Shown here piece after piece: positions 45,648 to 57,379 of a stretch of 64,000 nt of DNA. The notes beneath the pieces are model-generated. The model did no database searches and had not been told where the DNA came from. It saw only the letters and a list, made by a program, of their open reading frames with translations. The stretch comes from Aurantibacter sp. (GTDB lineage: Bacteria > Bacteroidota > Bacteroidia > Flavobacteriales > Flavobacteriaceae): contig NZ_JBELDZ010000001.1 in the NCBI RefSeq assembly GCF_042094015.1, positions 44,091 to 108,090 on the forward strand, in the 5' to 3' direction. The position numbers and the translations under genes were made by a program. How positions within the stretch are numbered: the first letter of the stretch is position 1; each line of letters starts with the position of its first letter.

Positions 45648-48398
45648 ATGGATAAATATTCCTTTTTAAACGCAGCACATACAGCATACTTTGCTGATTT
45701 ATACGACCAATATCTTAAAAACCCAGATTCTGTTGAGCCAAGTTGGAGAGCCTTTTTTCAAGGTTACGATTTCGGTACAGAGGAATATGCTATAGATATA
45801 GATAACGATACTGTTGTTCATGTTCCTAAAAACGTTCAGAAAGAATTTCAGGTTATTAAATTAATAGATGGCTATAGAAATAGAGGTCATCTGTTTACAA
45901 AAACGAACCCGGTTAGAGGTCGTCGTAAATATGAACCAACTTTAGAGATAGAGAATTTTGGGTTGTCTAAAACAGATTTAAGCACTGTTTTTAATGCTGG
46001 AGAAGTTTTAGGGATTGGATCCCAGACTTTACAACAAATTATCCGACACTTTGAGAATATTTATTGTGATTCTATAGGTGTTGAATATATGTATGTTAGA
46101 GAACCTGAAGAGCTTAAATGGATTCAGAATAGATTAAATATCAACGATAATCAGCCAAATTTTTCAGCAGACCAAAAAAAGCACATCCTTAAAAAACTTA
46201 ATGAAGCTGTTTCTTTTGAGAGTTTTTTACATACAAAATATGTTGGGCAAAAACGTTTTTCTTTAGAAGGAGGAGAATCTTTAATACCAGGTTTAGACGC
46301 TTTAATCGAACAAGCTGCAGAGGCTGGAGTGAAAGAGTTTGTTATGGGAATGGCACATCGTGGTCGTTTAAGTACTTTAACAAATATATTTGGAAAGTCT
46401 GCAAAAGATATTTTTAGTGAGTTTGACGGGAAAGATTACGAAGAAAAAGTTTTTGATGGTGATGTTAAATACCATTTAGGTTGGACAAGTAGTAGAAAAA
46501 CAGATACCGGTAAAGAGATAAAATTAAGTATTGCTCCTAATCCATCTCACCTTGAAACTGTTGGAGCAGTTGTGCAAGGAATAGTTAGGTCTAAACAAGA
46601 TAAATATTATAGTAATAACTTTAGTCAAGTTCTACCAATAGTAGTTCATGGAGATGCAGCAATTGCAGGTCAAGGTTTAGTTTACGAGATTGTACAAATG
46701 GTGCAATTAGATGGTTATAAAACTAATGGAACTATTCATATAGTTGTAAATAACCAAGTTGGTTTCACTACTAATTATTTAGACGCTCGTTCTGGTACTT
46801 ATTGTACAGATATAGCAAAAGTAACATTGTCTCCAGTGTTACATGTTAATGCAGACGATGCAGAAGCTGTTGTTCATGCTATGACATTTGCATTAGACTT
46901 TAGAATGAAATTTAAACGTGATGTTTTTATAGATTTATTAGGTTATCGTAAATATGGACATAATGAAGGTGATGAGCCTCGTTTTACTCAGCCTAAATTA
47001 TATAAAGCAATTGCTAAACATGCTAACCCAAGAGATATTTATGCTGAGAAACTATTAGCATCAAATATTATTAATAAAGACTATGTTAAAGAATTAGAAG
47101 TTGCATATAAAGCTAAGTTAGAAGAGAAGTTAGAAGATTCTCGCAAAGAAGATAAAACTATTATTACACCATTTATGCAAGATGAATGGTCAGATTATAC
47201 TCGTGTAAATGAAAAAGTAATGATGGAATCTGTTAATACTAAAGTAGATTCAAAAACTTTAGCAGCTATCACTAAGGTGATTTCTAATTTACCAGAAGAC
47301 AAAAAATTTATTCGTAAAATAGAACGTCTAATTCAATCACGTCAAACTATGTTTGATAATAATAAATTAGATTGGGCTATGGCAGAACATTTAGCATATG
47401 GCTCTTTATTAAAAGAAGGGTTTGATGTTAGAATATCTGGTCAAGATGTAGAAAGAGGAACTTTTTCTCATAGACATGCAGTTGTTAAAGTAGAAGAAAG
47501 TGAAGAAGAAATAGTTCTTTTAAATAATTTAGAAGGTGAACATGGTAGGTTTGACATATACAATTCGTTACTTTCAGAATATGGTGTTGTAGGTTTTGAT
47601 TATGGTTATGCTATGGCAAATCCAAAAGCATTAACAATTTGGGAAGCACAATTTGGAGATTTTAGTAATGGAGCTCAAATTATGCTTGATCAATATATCT
47701 CTTGTGGAGAAGATAAATGGAAAACACAAAATGGCTTAGTAATGTTACTGCCACATGGTTACGAAGGGCAAGGAGCTGAACATTCTTCTGGTAGAATGGA
47801 ACGTTACCTACAGTTGTGTGCAAAAAGTAATATGTTTGTAGCTAATTGTACAAATCCAGCTAATATGTTTCATTTATTAAGAAGACAAATGTTGGCTAAT
47901 TTTAGAAAACCATTAATTGTCTTTACACCTAAGAGTTTGTTGCGTCATCCAAAATGTGTGTCTACAGTGCAGGATTTTACTAATGGTGAATTCCAAATGC
48001 TGATTAATGAAGAAGTTGTAAAGCCAAAAGAAACAAAAACATTAGTATTTGTTTCAGGAAAGTTCTATTATGATTTATTGGAGCGTAGAGAAGAAACGGA
48101 AAGAAATGATGTAGCTTTAGTAAGAATTGAACAATTATTCCCATTACCTTTAAACGAAATTAGATCTGTATTAAAAGAATATAGTAATGTAAAAGATATT
48201 GTTTGGGCTCAAGAAGAACCAAGAAATATGGGTGCATATTCACATATGTTAATGAATTTAGATGAAGCTAAGACTTTTAGAACAGCATCAAGAAGGCCTT
48301 ATAGTGCTCCAGCGGCAGGAAGTTCTACGCGTTCTAAAAAGCGTCATCAAGAGGTTATAGATTTTGTGTTCGATGCTTCAAAAAATAATCAAAGGTAG
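45648..48398 (+). CDS. sucA: 2-oxoglutarate dehydrogenase E1 component
   Basis: N-terminus LNAAHTAYFADLYDQYLKNPDSVEPSWRAFF. ThDP region GDAAIAGQGLVYE. LLPHGYEGQGAEHSS. 916 aa. Confidence 0.95.
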   Translation: MDKYSFLNAAHTAYFADLYDQYLKNPDSVEPSWRAFFQGYDFGTEEYAIDIDNDTVVHVPKNVQKEFQVIKLIDGYRNRGHLFTKTNPVRGRRKYEPTLEIENFGLSKTDLSTVFNAGEVLGIGSQTLQQIIRHFENIYCDSIGVEYMYVREPEELKWIQNRLNINDNQPNFSADQKKHILKKLNEAVSFESFLHTKYVGQKRFSLEGGESLIPGLDALIEQAAEAGVKEFVMGMAHRGRLSTLTNIFGKSAKDIFSEFDGKDYEEKVFDGDVKYHLGWTSSRKTDTGKEIKLSIAPNPSHLETVGAVVQGIVRSKQDKYYSNNFSQVLPIVVHGDAAIAGQGLVYEIVQMVQLDGYKTNGTIHIVVNNQVGFTTNYLDARSGTYCTDIAKVTLSPVLHVNADDAEAVVHAMTFALDFRMKFKRDVFIDLLGYRKYGHNEGDEPRFTQPKLYKAIAKHANPRDIYAEKLLASNIINKDYVKELEVAYKAKLEEKLEDSRKEDKTIITPFMQDEWSDYTRVNEKVMMESVNTKVDSKTLAAITKVISNLPEDKKFIRKIERLIQSRQTMFDNNKLDWAMAEHLAYGSLLKEGFDVRISGQDVERGTFSHRHAVVKVEESEEEIVLLNNLEGEHGRFDIYNSLLSEYGVVGFDYGYAMANPKALTIWEAQFGDFSNGAQIMLDQYISCGEDKWKTQNGLVMLLPHGYEGQGAEHSSGRMERYLQLCAKSNMFVANCTNPANMFHLLRRQMLANFRKPLIVFTPKSLLRHPKCVSTVQDFTNGEFQMLINEEVVKPKETKTLVFVSGKFYYDLLERREETERNDVALVRIEQLFPLPLNEIRSVLKEYSNVKDIVWAQEEPRNMGAYSHMLMNLDEAKTFRTASRRPYSAPAAGSSTRSKKRHQEVIDFVFDASKNNQR

Positions 48399-48409
48399 AA
48401 AGAGGGATT

Positions 48410-48778
48410 ATGAAAAAACTAGTTTTAATTATTGCCATACTAACCTTTAGTTTAGGGTTTTCTCAAACAGAAAAATTATCAGAGAAAAGTATTGTAAATA
48501 ACTTTATTCAATCCTATAATAGTTCAAATTTTGAAAACATTTATAGTTTGTTATCTAAAGATTATCAAGACAACAAATCTTTAGATAATATAACTGTGTT
48601 TTTTAAAAGATTTCAGAATGCTTATGGAAACATTACGAGTATAAGTAATTCATCTAATGAGAAAGGTTATACAAGATTTCCAATTAAATTTAAGGATGTA
48701 AAAAAAATACTTGTTTTAAAATTTAATACTGATAATAAGATAGATTATATCAGCATTAATAAAATAAAATTAAACTAA
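48410..48778 (+). CDS. Small secreted protein of unknown function, inserted between sucA and sucB
   Basis: Signal peptide MKKLVLIIAILTFSLGFSQ, 122 aa, no catalytic motifs. Gaps are 11 nt after sucA and 22 nt before sucB. Confidence 0.5.
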   Translation: MKKLVLIIAILTFSLGFSQTEKLSEKSIVNNFIQSYNSSNFENIYSLLSKDYQDNKSLDNITVFFKRFQNAYGNITSISNSSNEKGYTRFPIKFKDVKKILVLKFNTDNKIDYISINKIKLN

Positions 48779-48800
48779 TACAACATAAAATTATAGTATA

Positions 48801-50018
48801 ATGATTTTAGAAATGAAAGTGCCTTCTCCAGGCGAATCTATAACAGAAGTAGAAATAGCAGAATGGTTAGTTCAAGATGGCGATTATGTTGAAAAAGACC
48901 AAGCTATAGCAGAAGTAGATAGTGATAAGGCAACCTTAGAATTACCTGCAGAAGAAAGTGGAACAATAACACTTAAAGCAGAAGAAGGTGATGCGGTAGA
49001 GGTTGGACAAGTTGTTTGTCTAATAGATACAAGTGCAGCCAAACCAGAAGGTTCTTCAGAAGTTTCACAAACGGAAACGAAAGAAGAAACTCCTAAAAAA
49101 GTAGTTGTAGAAGCTACAAAAACAGCTGAAACAAAAACATACGCAACAGGTACTGCAAGTCCTGCTGCTAAAAAAATATTAGCAGAAAAAGGAATTGAAG
49201 CTAATACTGTTACTGGTACAGGAAAAGATGGACGTGTTACTAAAGACGATGCAGTAAATGCTGTTCCAAGTATGGGAACTCCAACAGGAGGAAACCGTGG
49301 AACTTCTCATCATAAAATGTCTATGTTACGTCGTAAAGTAGCAGAACGTTTAGTTGAGGCTAAGAATACAACAGCAATGTTAACTACATTTAATGAAGTT
49401 AATATGACTCCTATTTTTGAATTGCGTAAGAAATATAAGGAAGATTTTAAGGCTAAACATGGTGTTGGATTAGGGTTTATGTCATTCTTTACTTTAGCTT
49501 GTGTTAGAGCTTTAGAATTATATCCTGCTGTTAACTCTATGATAGACGGAAAACAAATGTTGTCTTATGATTTTGTAGATGTATCTATTGCAGTATCTGG
49601 ACCAAAAGGATTAATGGTGCCAGTAATTAGAAATGCAGAAAATTTAAGCTTTAGAGGAGTTGAAGCAGAAGTTAAGCGTCTAGCTTTACGTGCAAGAGAT
49701 GGACAAATTACTGTAGATGAAATGACAGGAGGAACCTTTACTATTTCTAATGGTGGTGTATTTGGATCAATGTTATCTACACCAATTATTAATCCACCAC
49801 AAAGTGGAATATTAGGAATGCATAATATTATTGAAAGACCAATAGCTGTTAATGGTAATGTGGAAATTCATCCAATGATGTATGTAGCATTATCTTACGA
49901 CCATAGAATTATTGACGGAAAAGAATCTGTTGGTTTCTTGGTTGCTGTAAAAGAAGCGTTAGAAAGTCCAGAAGAATTACTAATGGGCGGAAATATTAAA
50001 AAAGCATTAGAACTATAG
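48801..50018 (+). CDS. sucB: Dihydrolipoyllysine-residue succinyltransferase (2-oxoglutarate dehydrogenase E2)
   Basis: Lipoyl domain with the attachment Lys in [14 protein letters not shown]3-binding domain [13 protein letters not shown]. Catalytic [10 protein letters not shown]. Confidence 0.95.
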   Translation: MILEMKVPSPGESITEVEIAEWLVQDGDYVEKDQAIAEVDSDKATLELPAEESGTITLKAEEGDAVEVGQVVCLIDTSAAKPEGSSEVSQTETKEETPKKVVVEATKTAETKTYATGTASPAAKKILAEKGIEANTVTGTGKDGRVTKDDAVNAVPSMGTPTGGNRGTSHHKMSMLRRKVAERLVEAKNTTAMLTTFNEVNMTPIFELRKKYKEDFKAKHGVGLGFMSFFTLACVRALELYPAVNSMIDGKQMLSYDFVDVSIAVSGPKGLMVPVIRNAENLSFRGVEAEVKRLALRARDGQITVDEMTGGTFTISNGGVFGSMLSTPIINPPQSGILGMHNIIERPIAVNGNVEIHPMMYVALSYDHRIIDGKESVGFLVAVKEALESPEELLMGGNIKKALEL

Positions 50019-50031
50019 TTCTAATTGATAT

Positions 50032-50071
50032 AAAATAAAAAGAGCTTCATTTAAATGAAGCTCTTTTTTTG
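50032..50071. terminator. Bidirectional rho-independent terminator
   Basis: Palindrome agagcttcattt/aaatgaagctct (50041-50064), flanked by an A-run upstream and TTTTTTTGTTTT downstream. Confidence 0.8.
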
Positions 50072-50088
50072 TTTTAAAACCGAAATAA

Positions 50089-50520
50089 TTAACGGTTCAT
50101 TGTTTTAATTTCTTCAGAGAAATCATCTACATCAACACCTTGCTTCACAAGTTCTATAGACTTATCTGCAATATATTTAGCATTGGTAGATTTAAATCCT
50201 AATCCAACACATAAGCGTTCTAAAATTATCATTTTTTCATCGTGATTTATGTGGTCAACCCATACCATACGTGCTAAATCAAACAAGCGCTCTAAACGCC
50301 TATCATAAGTGCTTGGTGGGTTAACTGGATGTGTTTTGTAATCTTTCAGAATTATAGCATAATTAGCTTCACTAATATCTAAATTACGCGCTAAACGATC
50401 TAAGAACGTTTTTTCAGATTCACTAATCATTCCATCACTCATTGCAACTCTTACAATTGATGCAAAATGATCTTCATTTCTTTTCTTAAAACCACTATCA
50501 AATAAATCTGAAAACGACAT
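50089..50520 (-). CDS. TerB-like (tellurite-resistance TerB family) protein
   Basis: Pattern HFASIVRVAMSDGMISESEKTFLDRLARNL resembles the TerB/DjlA N-domain helical repeat. Assigned by resemblance only. Confidence 0.5.
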   Translation of the reverse strand: MSFSDLFDSGFKKRNEDHFASIVRVAMSDGMISESEKTFLDRLARNLDISEANYAIILKDYKTHPVNPPSTYDRRLERLFDLARMVWVDHINHDEKMIILERLCVGLGFKSTNAKYIADKSIELVKQGVDVDDFSEEIKTMNR

Positions 50521-50736
50521 ACTTTTTATTTTTTAATATGAGTGGCAAAGATATAAATAATCAAAAAAAATTACTGAAAAAAAACATTAATTTTTAAATC
50601 AATACAAAGTGTTTTTGTACAGTTGTTTTTTGTTAGGTAAATATTAAATAAGAGTAGATGTTCAGAAATGGTTTATTGTTAAAAGTAAAATTATTGCTAA
50701 ATAAAAATAGGTTAACTAATTAAGGAATCTAACTCG

Positions 50737-50744
50737 TATATTTG
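50737..50744 (+). promoter_or_regulatory. Candidate -7 promoter box (TATATTTG) upstream of mfd
   Basis: Matches TAnnTTTG and lies 19 nt upstream of the annotated mfd start. Confidence 0.3.
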
Positions 50745-50763
50745 TAAAAAAGAAACATAAATC

Positions 50764-53700
50764 TTGAGTAAAATAAATCTCTCAAAAGCTTTTTTTCAGA
50801 TTTCGCAAATGCAAAATCTAAAAAGTGCTATTACCCAATCCCAAAGTAAGTCACATTTAAAAGGCTTAGTAGGTTCATCATTATCTTTTATAATTGCTGA
50901 AGTATTTAAAGAGCAGGAACAACCATTTTTACTAGTATTTAACGATAAAGAAGAAGCTGCTTTTTATTTAAACGATTTAGAGCAATTAATTAATACAAAA
51001 GATGTTTTTTTCTATCCAGGAAGTTATAGAAGACCTTATCAAATTGAAGAAACTGACAATGCCAATATACTTTTACGGGCAGAAGTTTTAAACCGAATAA
51101 ATTCACGCAAAAAACCAGCAATAATAATTACATATCCAGATGCTTTATTTGAGAAAGTTGTTACAAGAAAAGAATTAAATAGTCACACTTTAAAAGTAGC
51201 TGTTAATGATAAAATATCAATAGACTTTATAAACGAAGTTCTATTTGAGTATAAGTTTAAACGTGTAGATTTTGTTACAGAGCCAGGAGAGTTTTCTGTT
51301 CGTGGCGGAATTGTTGATGTGTTTTCTTTTTCTAACGATGAGCCTTACAGAGTAGAATTTTTTGGAGACGAAATAGACTCAATTAGAACTTTCGATGTCG
51401 AAACTCAATTATCTAATCAAGTTGTAAAAAAGATTAGTATTATTCCAAATGTAGCAACTAAAGTTTTTGAAGAAACAAGGCAAAGTTTTCTTAAATATAT
51501 TTCAGCTAATACAGTCGTTTTTACAAAAAATGCTGAAATAATTTTTAGTAGAATAGATGATTTTTACACAAAAGCAGAAACTACCTTTAAAAGTTTAAGT
51601 GCAGAAATAAAACATGCAGAACCTGAAGCATTGTTTTGTAATTCACAATTACTTAGGTTACAATTAAACGATTATACATTGGTAGAGTTTGGTTCGAATA
51701 ATCATTTTGAGTTAACTGAAAATCCTATTGTGTTTAAATCATCACCACAACCAGCTTTTAATAAACAATTCAATTTACTAATAGATAACTTAAATAGTAA
51801 CCATAATAAAGGCTACACTAATTATATTACTTGTGTTAGTGAGCAACAAGCTAAGCGCTTTTATGATATTTTTGAAGAATCAGAACAAGAAGTACATTAT
51901 AAAACGGTACAATTATCTCTTCATCAAGGTTTTGTAAACGAAGATACCAAGATTGCTGTTTATACAGATCATCAGATATTTGAACGTTACCACAAGTTTA
52001 AAATAAAAAATGGTTATGCTAAAAAGCAAGCCATTACTTTAAAAGAATTAACCAATTTAGATTTAGGCGATTATGTAACGCATATAGATCATGGGATTGG
52101 TCGCTTTGGTGGACTTCAAAAAATAGATGTAGAAGGCAATAAACAAGAAGCTATAAAACTTATTTATGGCGAACGCGATGTATTGTATTTAAGTATTCAT
52201 TCGTTGCATAAAATAACCAAGTTTAATGGCAAAGACGGAAAACCACCAAAGGTTTATAAATTAGGGAGTAAAGCTTGGAAAACACTTAAAGAGAAAACTA
52301 AATCTCGCGTTAAACACGTTGCTTTCAACTTAATTAAGTTATATGCTAAGCGTAAATTAGAAAAAGGTTATCAATATAATGAAGACAGTCATTACCAACA
52401 CGAATTAGAAGCTTCATTTATTTATGAAGACACACCAGATCAAGTAACAGCTACAGCAGATATCAAAGCAGATATGGAGAGTGAAAAACCAATGGATCGC
52501 TTAATATGTGGTGATGTTGGTTTTGGAAAAACAGAAGTTGCAATTCGTGCAGCTTTTAAAGCTGTAGATAATGGGAAACAAGTTGCAATTCTTGTGCCTA
52601 CAACCATATTAGCATTTCAGCATTATAAAACTTTTACGGAACGCTTAAAAGATTTTCCTGTAACTGTAGATTATGTGAATCGTTTTAGAACAGCAAAACA
52701 AAAACGTGAAACCTTAGAAAAATTGGAGAAAGGTCACGTAGATATTATTATCGGAACACATCAATTAGTCAATAAAAAAGTGAAGTTTAAAGACTTAGGT
52801 CTTTTAATTGTAGATGAAGAACAAAAATTTGGTGTTTCTGTAAAGGAAAAATTAAAAACGATAAAAGATAATGTAGATGTATTAACATTAACAGCTACGC
52901 CAATTCCAAGAACACTACAATTTAGTTTAATGGCAGCACGAGATATGTCTGTTATTACAACGCCACCACCAAATCGTTATCCTATAGAAAGTAATGTTAT
53001 TCGTTTTTCTGAAGACACTATCCGTGATGCTGTGAGTTATGAAATAGAACGCGGCGGACAAATATTTTTTATTCATAATAGAATTGAAAATATTAAAGAA
53101 GTAGCAGGTTTAATTCAACGTTTAGTTCCAGATGCCAAAATAGGTATTGGTCACGGACAAATGGAAGGAAAAAAACTAGAAGAATTAATGCTTCAATTTA
53201 TGGATGGTGCTTTTGATGTTTTAGTAAGTACTACAATTATTGAAAGTGGTTTAGATGTTCCTAATGCTAATACCATTTTTATAAATAATGCAAATAATTT
53301 TGGTTTAAGCGATTTACATCAAATGCGTGGTCGTGTTGGTAGATCTAATAAAAAAGCATTTTGCTATTTTATTACACCAGAGTATTCTGCAATGACAGAC
53401 GATGCACGGAAACGTATTTCTGCATTAGAGCAATTTACAGAATTAGGTAGCGGTTTTAATATTGCCATGAAAGATTTAGAAATTCGTGGTGCTGGAGATT
53501 TACTTGGTGGAGAACAAAGTGGTTTTATTAACGAAATAGGTTTTGATACCTATCAGAAGATTTTGGCTGAAGCCATTGAAGAACTTAAAGAAAATGAGTT
53601 TAAAGACCTTTACGATACCAATTTAGAAGATAAAGTATATGTAAAAGAGGTAACAATAGATAGTAATTTTGAATTGCTTTTCCCTGACGATTACATTAAT

Positions 53701-54105
53701 AATATAGCTGAACGATTAAAGCTTTATACTAAATTAAACGATTTTAAAACTGAAGAAGAATTACTTCAATTTGAAAAAGAATTAATAGATAGATTTGGAG
53801 AATTACCAATCCAAGCAGACGACTTATTAAATTCAGTCCGCTTAAAGTGGATTGCAACTAAAATGGGAATTGAAAAAATAATTATGAAACAAAATAAGTT
53901 AATTGGATATTTCTTAAATGATCAACAAAGTCAATTTTATCAAAGTGCTAACTTTACTAGAGTATTACAATACGTACAAAAAAACCCAATGGCTTGTAAA
54001 ATGAAAGAGAAACAAACCAGAAATGGATTACGTTTACTTTTAACTTTTGAAAATATTAAATCTGTAAAGCAAGCGTTAATTGTTTTACAACCGCTAAAAA
54101 ATTAA
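50764..54105 (+). CDS. mfd: Transcription-repair coupling factor
   Basis: UvrB-homology N-region. CarD-like domain (GDYVTHIDHGIGRFGG). SF2 helicase motifs (GDVGFGKTEVA, DEEQKFGV, LTLTATPIPRT, QMRGRVGRS). TRG/D7 C-terminus. The TTG start from the track is uncertain; an alternative ATG lies 45 nt downstream. Confidence 0.93.
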   Translation: MSKINLSKAFFQISQMQNLKSAITQSQSKSHLKGLVGSSLSFIIAEVFKEQEQPFLLVFNDKEEAAFYLNDLEQLINTKDVFFYPGSYRRPYQIEETDNANILLRAEVLNRINSRKKPAIIITYPDALFEKVVTRKELNSHTLKVAVNDKISIDFINEVLFEYKFKRVDFVTEPGEFSVRGGIVDVFSFSNDEPYRVEFFGDEIDSIRTFDVETQLSNQVVKKISIIPNVATKVFEETRQSFLKYISANTVVFTKNAEIIFSRIDDFYTKAETTFKSLSAEIKHAEPEALFCNSQLLRLQLNDYTLVEFGSNNHFELTENPIVFKSSPQPAFNKQFNLLIDNLNSNHNKGYTNYITCVSEQQAKRFYDIFEESEQEVHYKTVQLSLHQGFVNEDTKIAVYTDHQIFERYHKFKIKNGYAKKQAITLKELTNLDLGDYVTHIDHGIGRFGGLQKIDVEGNKQEAIKLIYGERDVLYLSIHSLHKITKFNGKDGKPPKVYKLGSKAWKTLKEKTKSRVKHVAFNLIKLYAKRKLEKGYQYNEDSHYQHELEASFIYEDTPDQVTATADIKADMESEKPMDRLICGDVGFGKTEVAIRAAFKAVDNGKQVAILVPTTILAFQHYKTFTERLKDFPVTVDYVNRFRTAKQKRETLEKLEKGHVDIIIGTHQLVNKKVKFKDLGLLIVDEEQKFGVSVKEKLKTIKDNVDVLTLTATPIPRTLQFSLMAARDMSVITTPPPNRYPIESNVIRFSEDTIRDAVSYEIERGGQIFFIHNRIENIKEVAGLIQRLVPDAKIGIGHGQMEGKKLEELMLQFMDGAFDVLVSTTIIESGLDVPNANTIFINNANNFGLSDLHQMRGRVGRSNKKAFCYFITPEYSAMTDDARKRISALEQFTELGSGFNIAMKDLEIRGAGDLLGGEQSGFINEIGFDTYQKILAEAIEELKENEFKDLYDTNLEDKVYVKEVTIDSNFELLFPDDYINNIAERLKLYTKLNDFKTEEELLQFEKELIDRFGELPIQADDLLNSVRLKWIATKMGIEKIIMKQNKLIGYFLNDQQSQFYQSANFTRVLQYVQKNPMACKMKEKQTRNGLRLLLTFENIKSVKQALIVLQPLKN

Positions 54106-54147
54106 GTTTGGCGTAATAATTGAAAACTTGTATTAAAAAATTATCCT

Positions 54148-55443
54148 ATGTTAAAAAAGTTATGTTTAAGCTTACTGTTTCTCCCACTTTTAGCTTGGTC
54201 TCAACAAACTATTTCTGGAACTTTTAAACCTGCTTCAGATTTTAAAATGGCAATCTTATATAAAGTAATGCCAATGGAGTTAGTTTATGCTAACCATTCT
54301 AATGTAGATAGCTTAGGACGTTTTACAATTCCCTTAAAGAAAGAAACTGAAAAAGGATTATATAAAATTGTTTATGCATCACCACAAGAAGAATATAATT
54401 TTGATGTGTTTTATACAGGTCAAGATGTAGAATTAACTTTTAGTTTAGACAAAGGTACATATTTTATAAAATCCGAAGAGAATAAATTGTGGCAGTCTTA
54501 TAACAAAAGTATGGGAATGATAACCGATGCTATTGCCAAGTTTTACGCAAATCCAACGGCTAATAAAGAGGATTTTTTTACGTTAATACAATTACAGAAA
54601 AAAAGCCAAGAGCAATTTGAAACAGCAACAAACGCTAAATTTATTAATCAATTTATAAAAGCAGATAGAACGTATTATCCATCAGTTTTTGAAGATGAAA
54701 CAACTTATAGGGAAAACATAAAAAACAATTTTTTTGATGCTTTAGATTTTAATAATATTAATCTATTAAATTCAGATGTATTAGTTGGTAAAGCTTTAAG
54801 CTATGTGTTTACTTATGTTGATTTTGAAACAGCAAACCAATCCTATAAAGAAAATATAGACACGTTAATTTCTATAATTGAAGATAAAAAAGTGTTTAAA
54901 ACAATCATTTTAAAATTACTATGGAATGAGTTTTCAAGAGAAAACGAAACCGTTGCTAATTATATTACAGATACTTATTTGTTAGAATTAGCTAAAGCTG
55001 AAAATGACATAAAGCTTATAGAGCAATTAATTCTAGTAAAAAACACATCTATTGGAGCTAAAGCACCAAATTTTGAGATTAACGAAACTTCTAAATTATA
55101 CGATTTTAATAATAGTAGCGAATATTTAGTTCTGTTTTGGAGTAGTACTTGTGGTCATTGTTTAAATGAGTTACCTCAATTACATAAAGCTATAAATAAT
55201 AATATAAAAGTAATTGCAATAGGTTTAGAAAACGAACCAGAGTTTTGGACAGAAACCATCAAACAATTTCCGAAATTTATTCATGTTTATGGTGAAGGGA
55301 AATGGGATAACACTATTGGAGATTCTTATAATGTAAATTCTACACCAAGTTATTATCTACTAGACAAAAACAAATTAATTAAGGCAAAACCATACGATGT
55401 TGAAGCTCTAAAGAAGTTGTTAATTAAAACATCTGAGAATTAA
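54148..55443 (+). CDS. TlpA-like thiol-disulfide oxidoreductase (thioredoxin fold) with long N-terminal domain
   Basis: Signal peptide. C-terminal thioredoxin domain with CxxC in LFWSSTCGHCLNELPQL and NVNSTPSYYLLD. Confidence 0.8.
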   Translation: MLKKLCLSLLFLPLLAWSQQTISGTFKPASDFKMAILYKVMPMELVYANHSNVDSLGRFTIPLKKETEKGLYKIVYASPQEEYNFDVFYTGQDVELTFSLDKGTYFIKSEENKLWQSYNKSMGMITDAIAKFYANPTANKEDFFTLIQLQKKSQEQFETATNAKFINQFIKADRTYYPSVFEDETTYRENIKNNFFDALDFNNINLLNSDVLVGKALSYVFTYVDFETANQSYKENIDTLISIIEDKKVFKTIILKLLWNEFSRENETVANYITDTYLLELAKAENDIKLIEQLILVKNTSIGAKAPNFEINETSKLYDFNNSSEYLVLFWSSTCGHCLNELPQLHKAINNNIKVIAIGLENEPEFWTETIKQFPKFIHVYGEGKWDNTIGDSYNVNSTPSYYLLDKNKLIKAKPYDVEALKKLLIKTSEN

Positions 55444-55537
55444 TTGTTTAGTTTTAAGAAACTATTTTTAAGATAATTTACTCAAAAAATTCGCAGTCAA
55501 AATATAAATATTAAATTTGCACTTCAAAATTATAGCT

Positions 55538-57295
55538 ATGTACAGAAGTCACGATTGTGGTGAGTTAAGATTATCACATATAAATACAGAAGTTACTCTT
55601 TCTGGTTGGGTTCAGAAATCAAGAGATAAAGGTTTTATTATTTGGGTAGATTTACGCGATCGTTATGGTGTAACTCAGCTTATTTTTGATGAAGAACGTA
55701 CGTCTAAAGCTATAATAGAACAAGCTCAAAAATTAGGTCGTGAGTTTGTTATTCAAGTTAAGGGAACTGTAATAGAACGTGAATCTAAAAACAAAAACAT
55801 TCCAACAGGTGATGTAGAAGTTTTAGTAAAAGAATTAACTATTCTTAACGAAGCTAAATTACCACCTTTTACCATTGAAGATAAGACTGATGGAGGAGAA
55901 GAATTACGTATGAAATATCGTTATTTAGATATTAGACGTAATCCTGTAAAAAACAATCTAATTTTTAGATCTAAAGTTACTCAAGAAGTAAGAAATTTCT
56001 TGTCTAATCAAGATTTTATAGAAGTAGAAACACCATATTTAATAAAATCTACACCAGAAGGTGCACGAGATTTTGTAGTGCCAAGTAGAATGAACGAAGG
56101 TGAATTTTATGCCTTACCACAATCGCCACAAACATTTAAGCAATTGCTTATGGTTGGTGGAATGGATAAGTATTTCCAGATTGTAAAGTGCTTTAGAGAC
56201 GAAGATTTACGTGCAGATAGACAACCAGAATTTACACAAATTGATTGTGAAATGGCGTTTGTAGATCAAGAAGATATTCTAAACATATTCGAAAACTTAA
56301 CACGTCACTTATTAAAAGAAGTGAATGGTGTAGAAATTGAGAAATTCCCACGTATGCTTTATGATGATGCGATGCGTTTATATGGAAACGATAAACCAGA
56401 TATCAGATTTGGAATGGAGTTTGGAGAATTAAATGCGATAACACAACATAAAGAATTTAAAGTATTTAACGATGCAGAATTAGTTGTTGGTATTGCAATT
56501 CCTGGAGGAAATTCTTACACACGTAAAGAAATAGATAAGTTAATTGACTGGGTAAAGCGACCACAAGTTGGTGCTTTAGGAATGATTTATTCACGTTGTA
56601 ACGACGATGGATCATTCAAATCATCTGTAGATAAATTTTATGATCAAGATGATTTAGCAAAATGGGCCGAAGTTACAGGAGCAAAAGCAGGTGATTTAGT
56701 TGTAGTGCTTTCTGGAGACACAAATAAGGTTAGAGCGCAATTAAGTGCTTTGCGTATGGAAATTGCAGAACGTTTAGGATTAAGAGATTCAAAAGTATTT
56801 GCACCATTATGGGTAATTGACTTCCCGTTATTGGAGTTAGATGAAGAAACTGGACATTATCATGCTATGCACCATCCATTTACATCACCAAAACCAGGAC
56901 AAATAGAATTATTAGATTCTAAACCAGGAGAAGTTAAAGCTAATGCTTACGATTTAGTTTTAAACGGAAATGAGATTGGTGGAGGATCTATTCGTATTCA
57001 CGATAAAGAAACACAAGCCATAATGTTAAAGCATTTAGGTTTTTCTGAAGAAGAAGCAAAAGCACAATTTGGCTTCTTAATGGATGCTTTCGAATATGGT
57101 GCGCCACCTCATGGCGGATTAGCATTTGGATTAGACCGTTTAGTATCTATTTTAGGAGGACAAGAAACTATTAGAGATTTTATTGCTTTCCCAAAAAACA
57201 ACTCAGGTAGAGATGTTATGATAGATGCACCAGCAAAATTAGATAATGCACAATTAAAAGAATTAAGTCTGCAATTAGATTTGCCAAAAGAGTAA
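55538..57295 (+). CDS. aspS: Aspartate--tRNA ligase
   Basis: [11 protein letters not shown] start, OB anticodon-binding domain, class-II motifs ([46 protein letters not shown]). I prefer the ATG at 55538 to the track's upstream TTG. Confidence 0.95.
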   Translation: MYRSHDCGELRLSHINTEVTLSGWVQKSRDKGFIIWVDLRDRYGVTQLIFDEERTSKAIIEQAQKLGREFVIQVKGTVIERESKNKNIPTGDVEVLVKELTILNEAKLPPFTIEDKTDGGEELRMKYRYLDIRRNPVKNNLIFRSKVTQEVRNFLSNQDFIEVETPYLIKSTPEGARDFVVPSRMNEGEFYALPQSPQTFKQLLMVGGMDKYFQIVKCFRDEDLRADRQPEFTQIDCEMAFVDQEDILNIFENLTRHLLKEVNGVEIEKFPRMLYDDAMRLYGNDKPDIRFGMEFGELNAITQHKEFKVFNDAELVVGIAIPGGNSYTRKEIDKLIDWVKRPQVGALGMIYSRCNDDGSFKSSVDKFYDQDDLAKWAEVTGAKAGDLVVVLSGDTNKVRAQLSALRMEIAERLGLRDSKVFAPLWVIDFPLLELDEETGHYHAMHHPFTSPKPGQIELLDSKPGEVKANAYDLVLNGNEIGGGSIRIHDKETQAIMLKHLGFSEEEAKAQFGFLMDAFEYGAPPHGGLAFGLDRLVSILGGQETIRDFIAFPKNNSGRDVMIDAPAKLDNAQLKELSLQLDLPKE

Positions 57296-57342
57296 TAAGT
57301 TTTTAAGATTTAGCGAAGTTTACAAACTATAAATTATATAAA

Positions 57343-57366
57343 ATCCTGCTCAAGCGGGATTTTTTA
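57343..57366 (+). terminator. Rho-independent terminator after aspS
   Basis: Stem atcctgc (57343-57349) / gcgggat (57354-57360) with one G-U pair, loop tcaa, then TTTTT. Confidence 0.7.
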
Positions 57367-57379
57367 GCATAAAGCCAAA

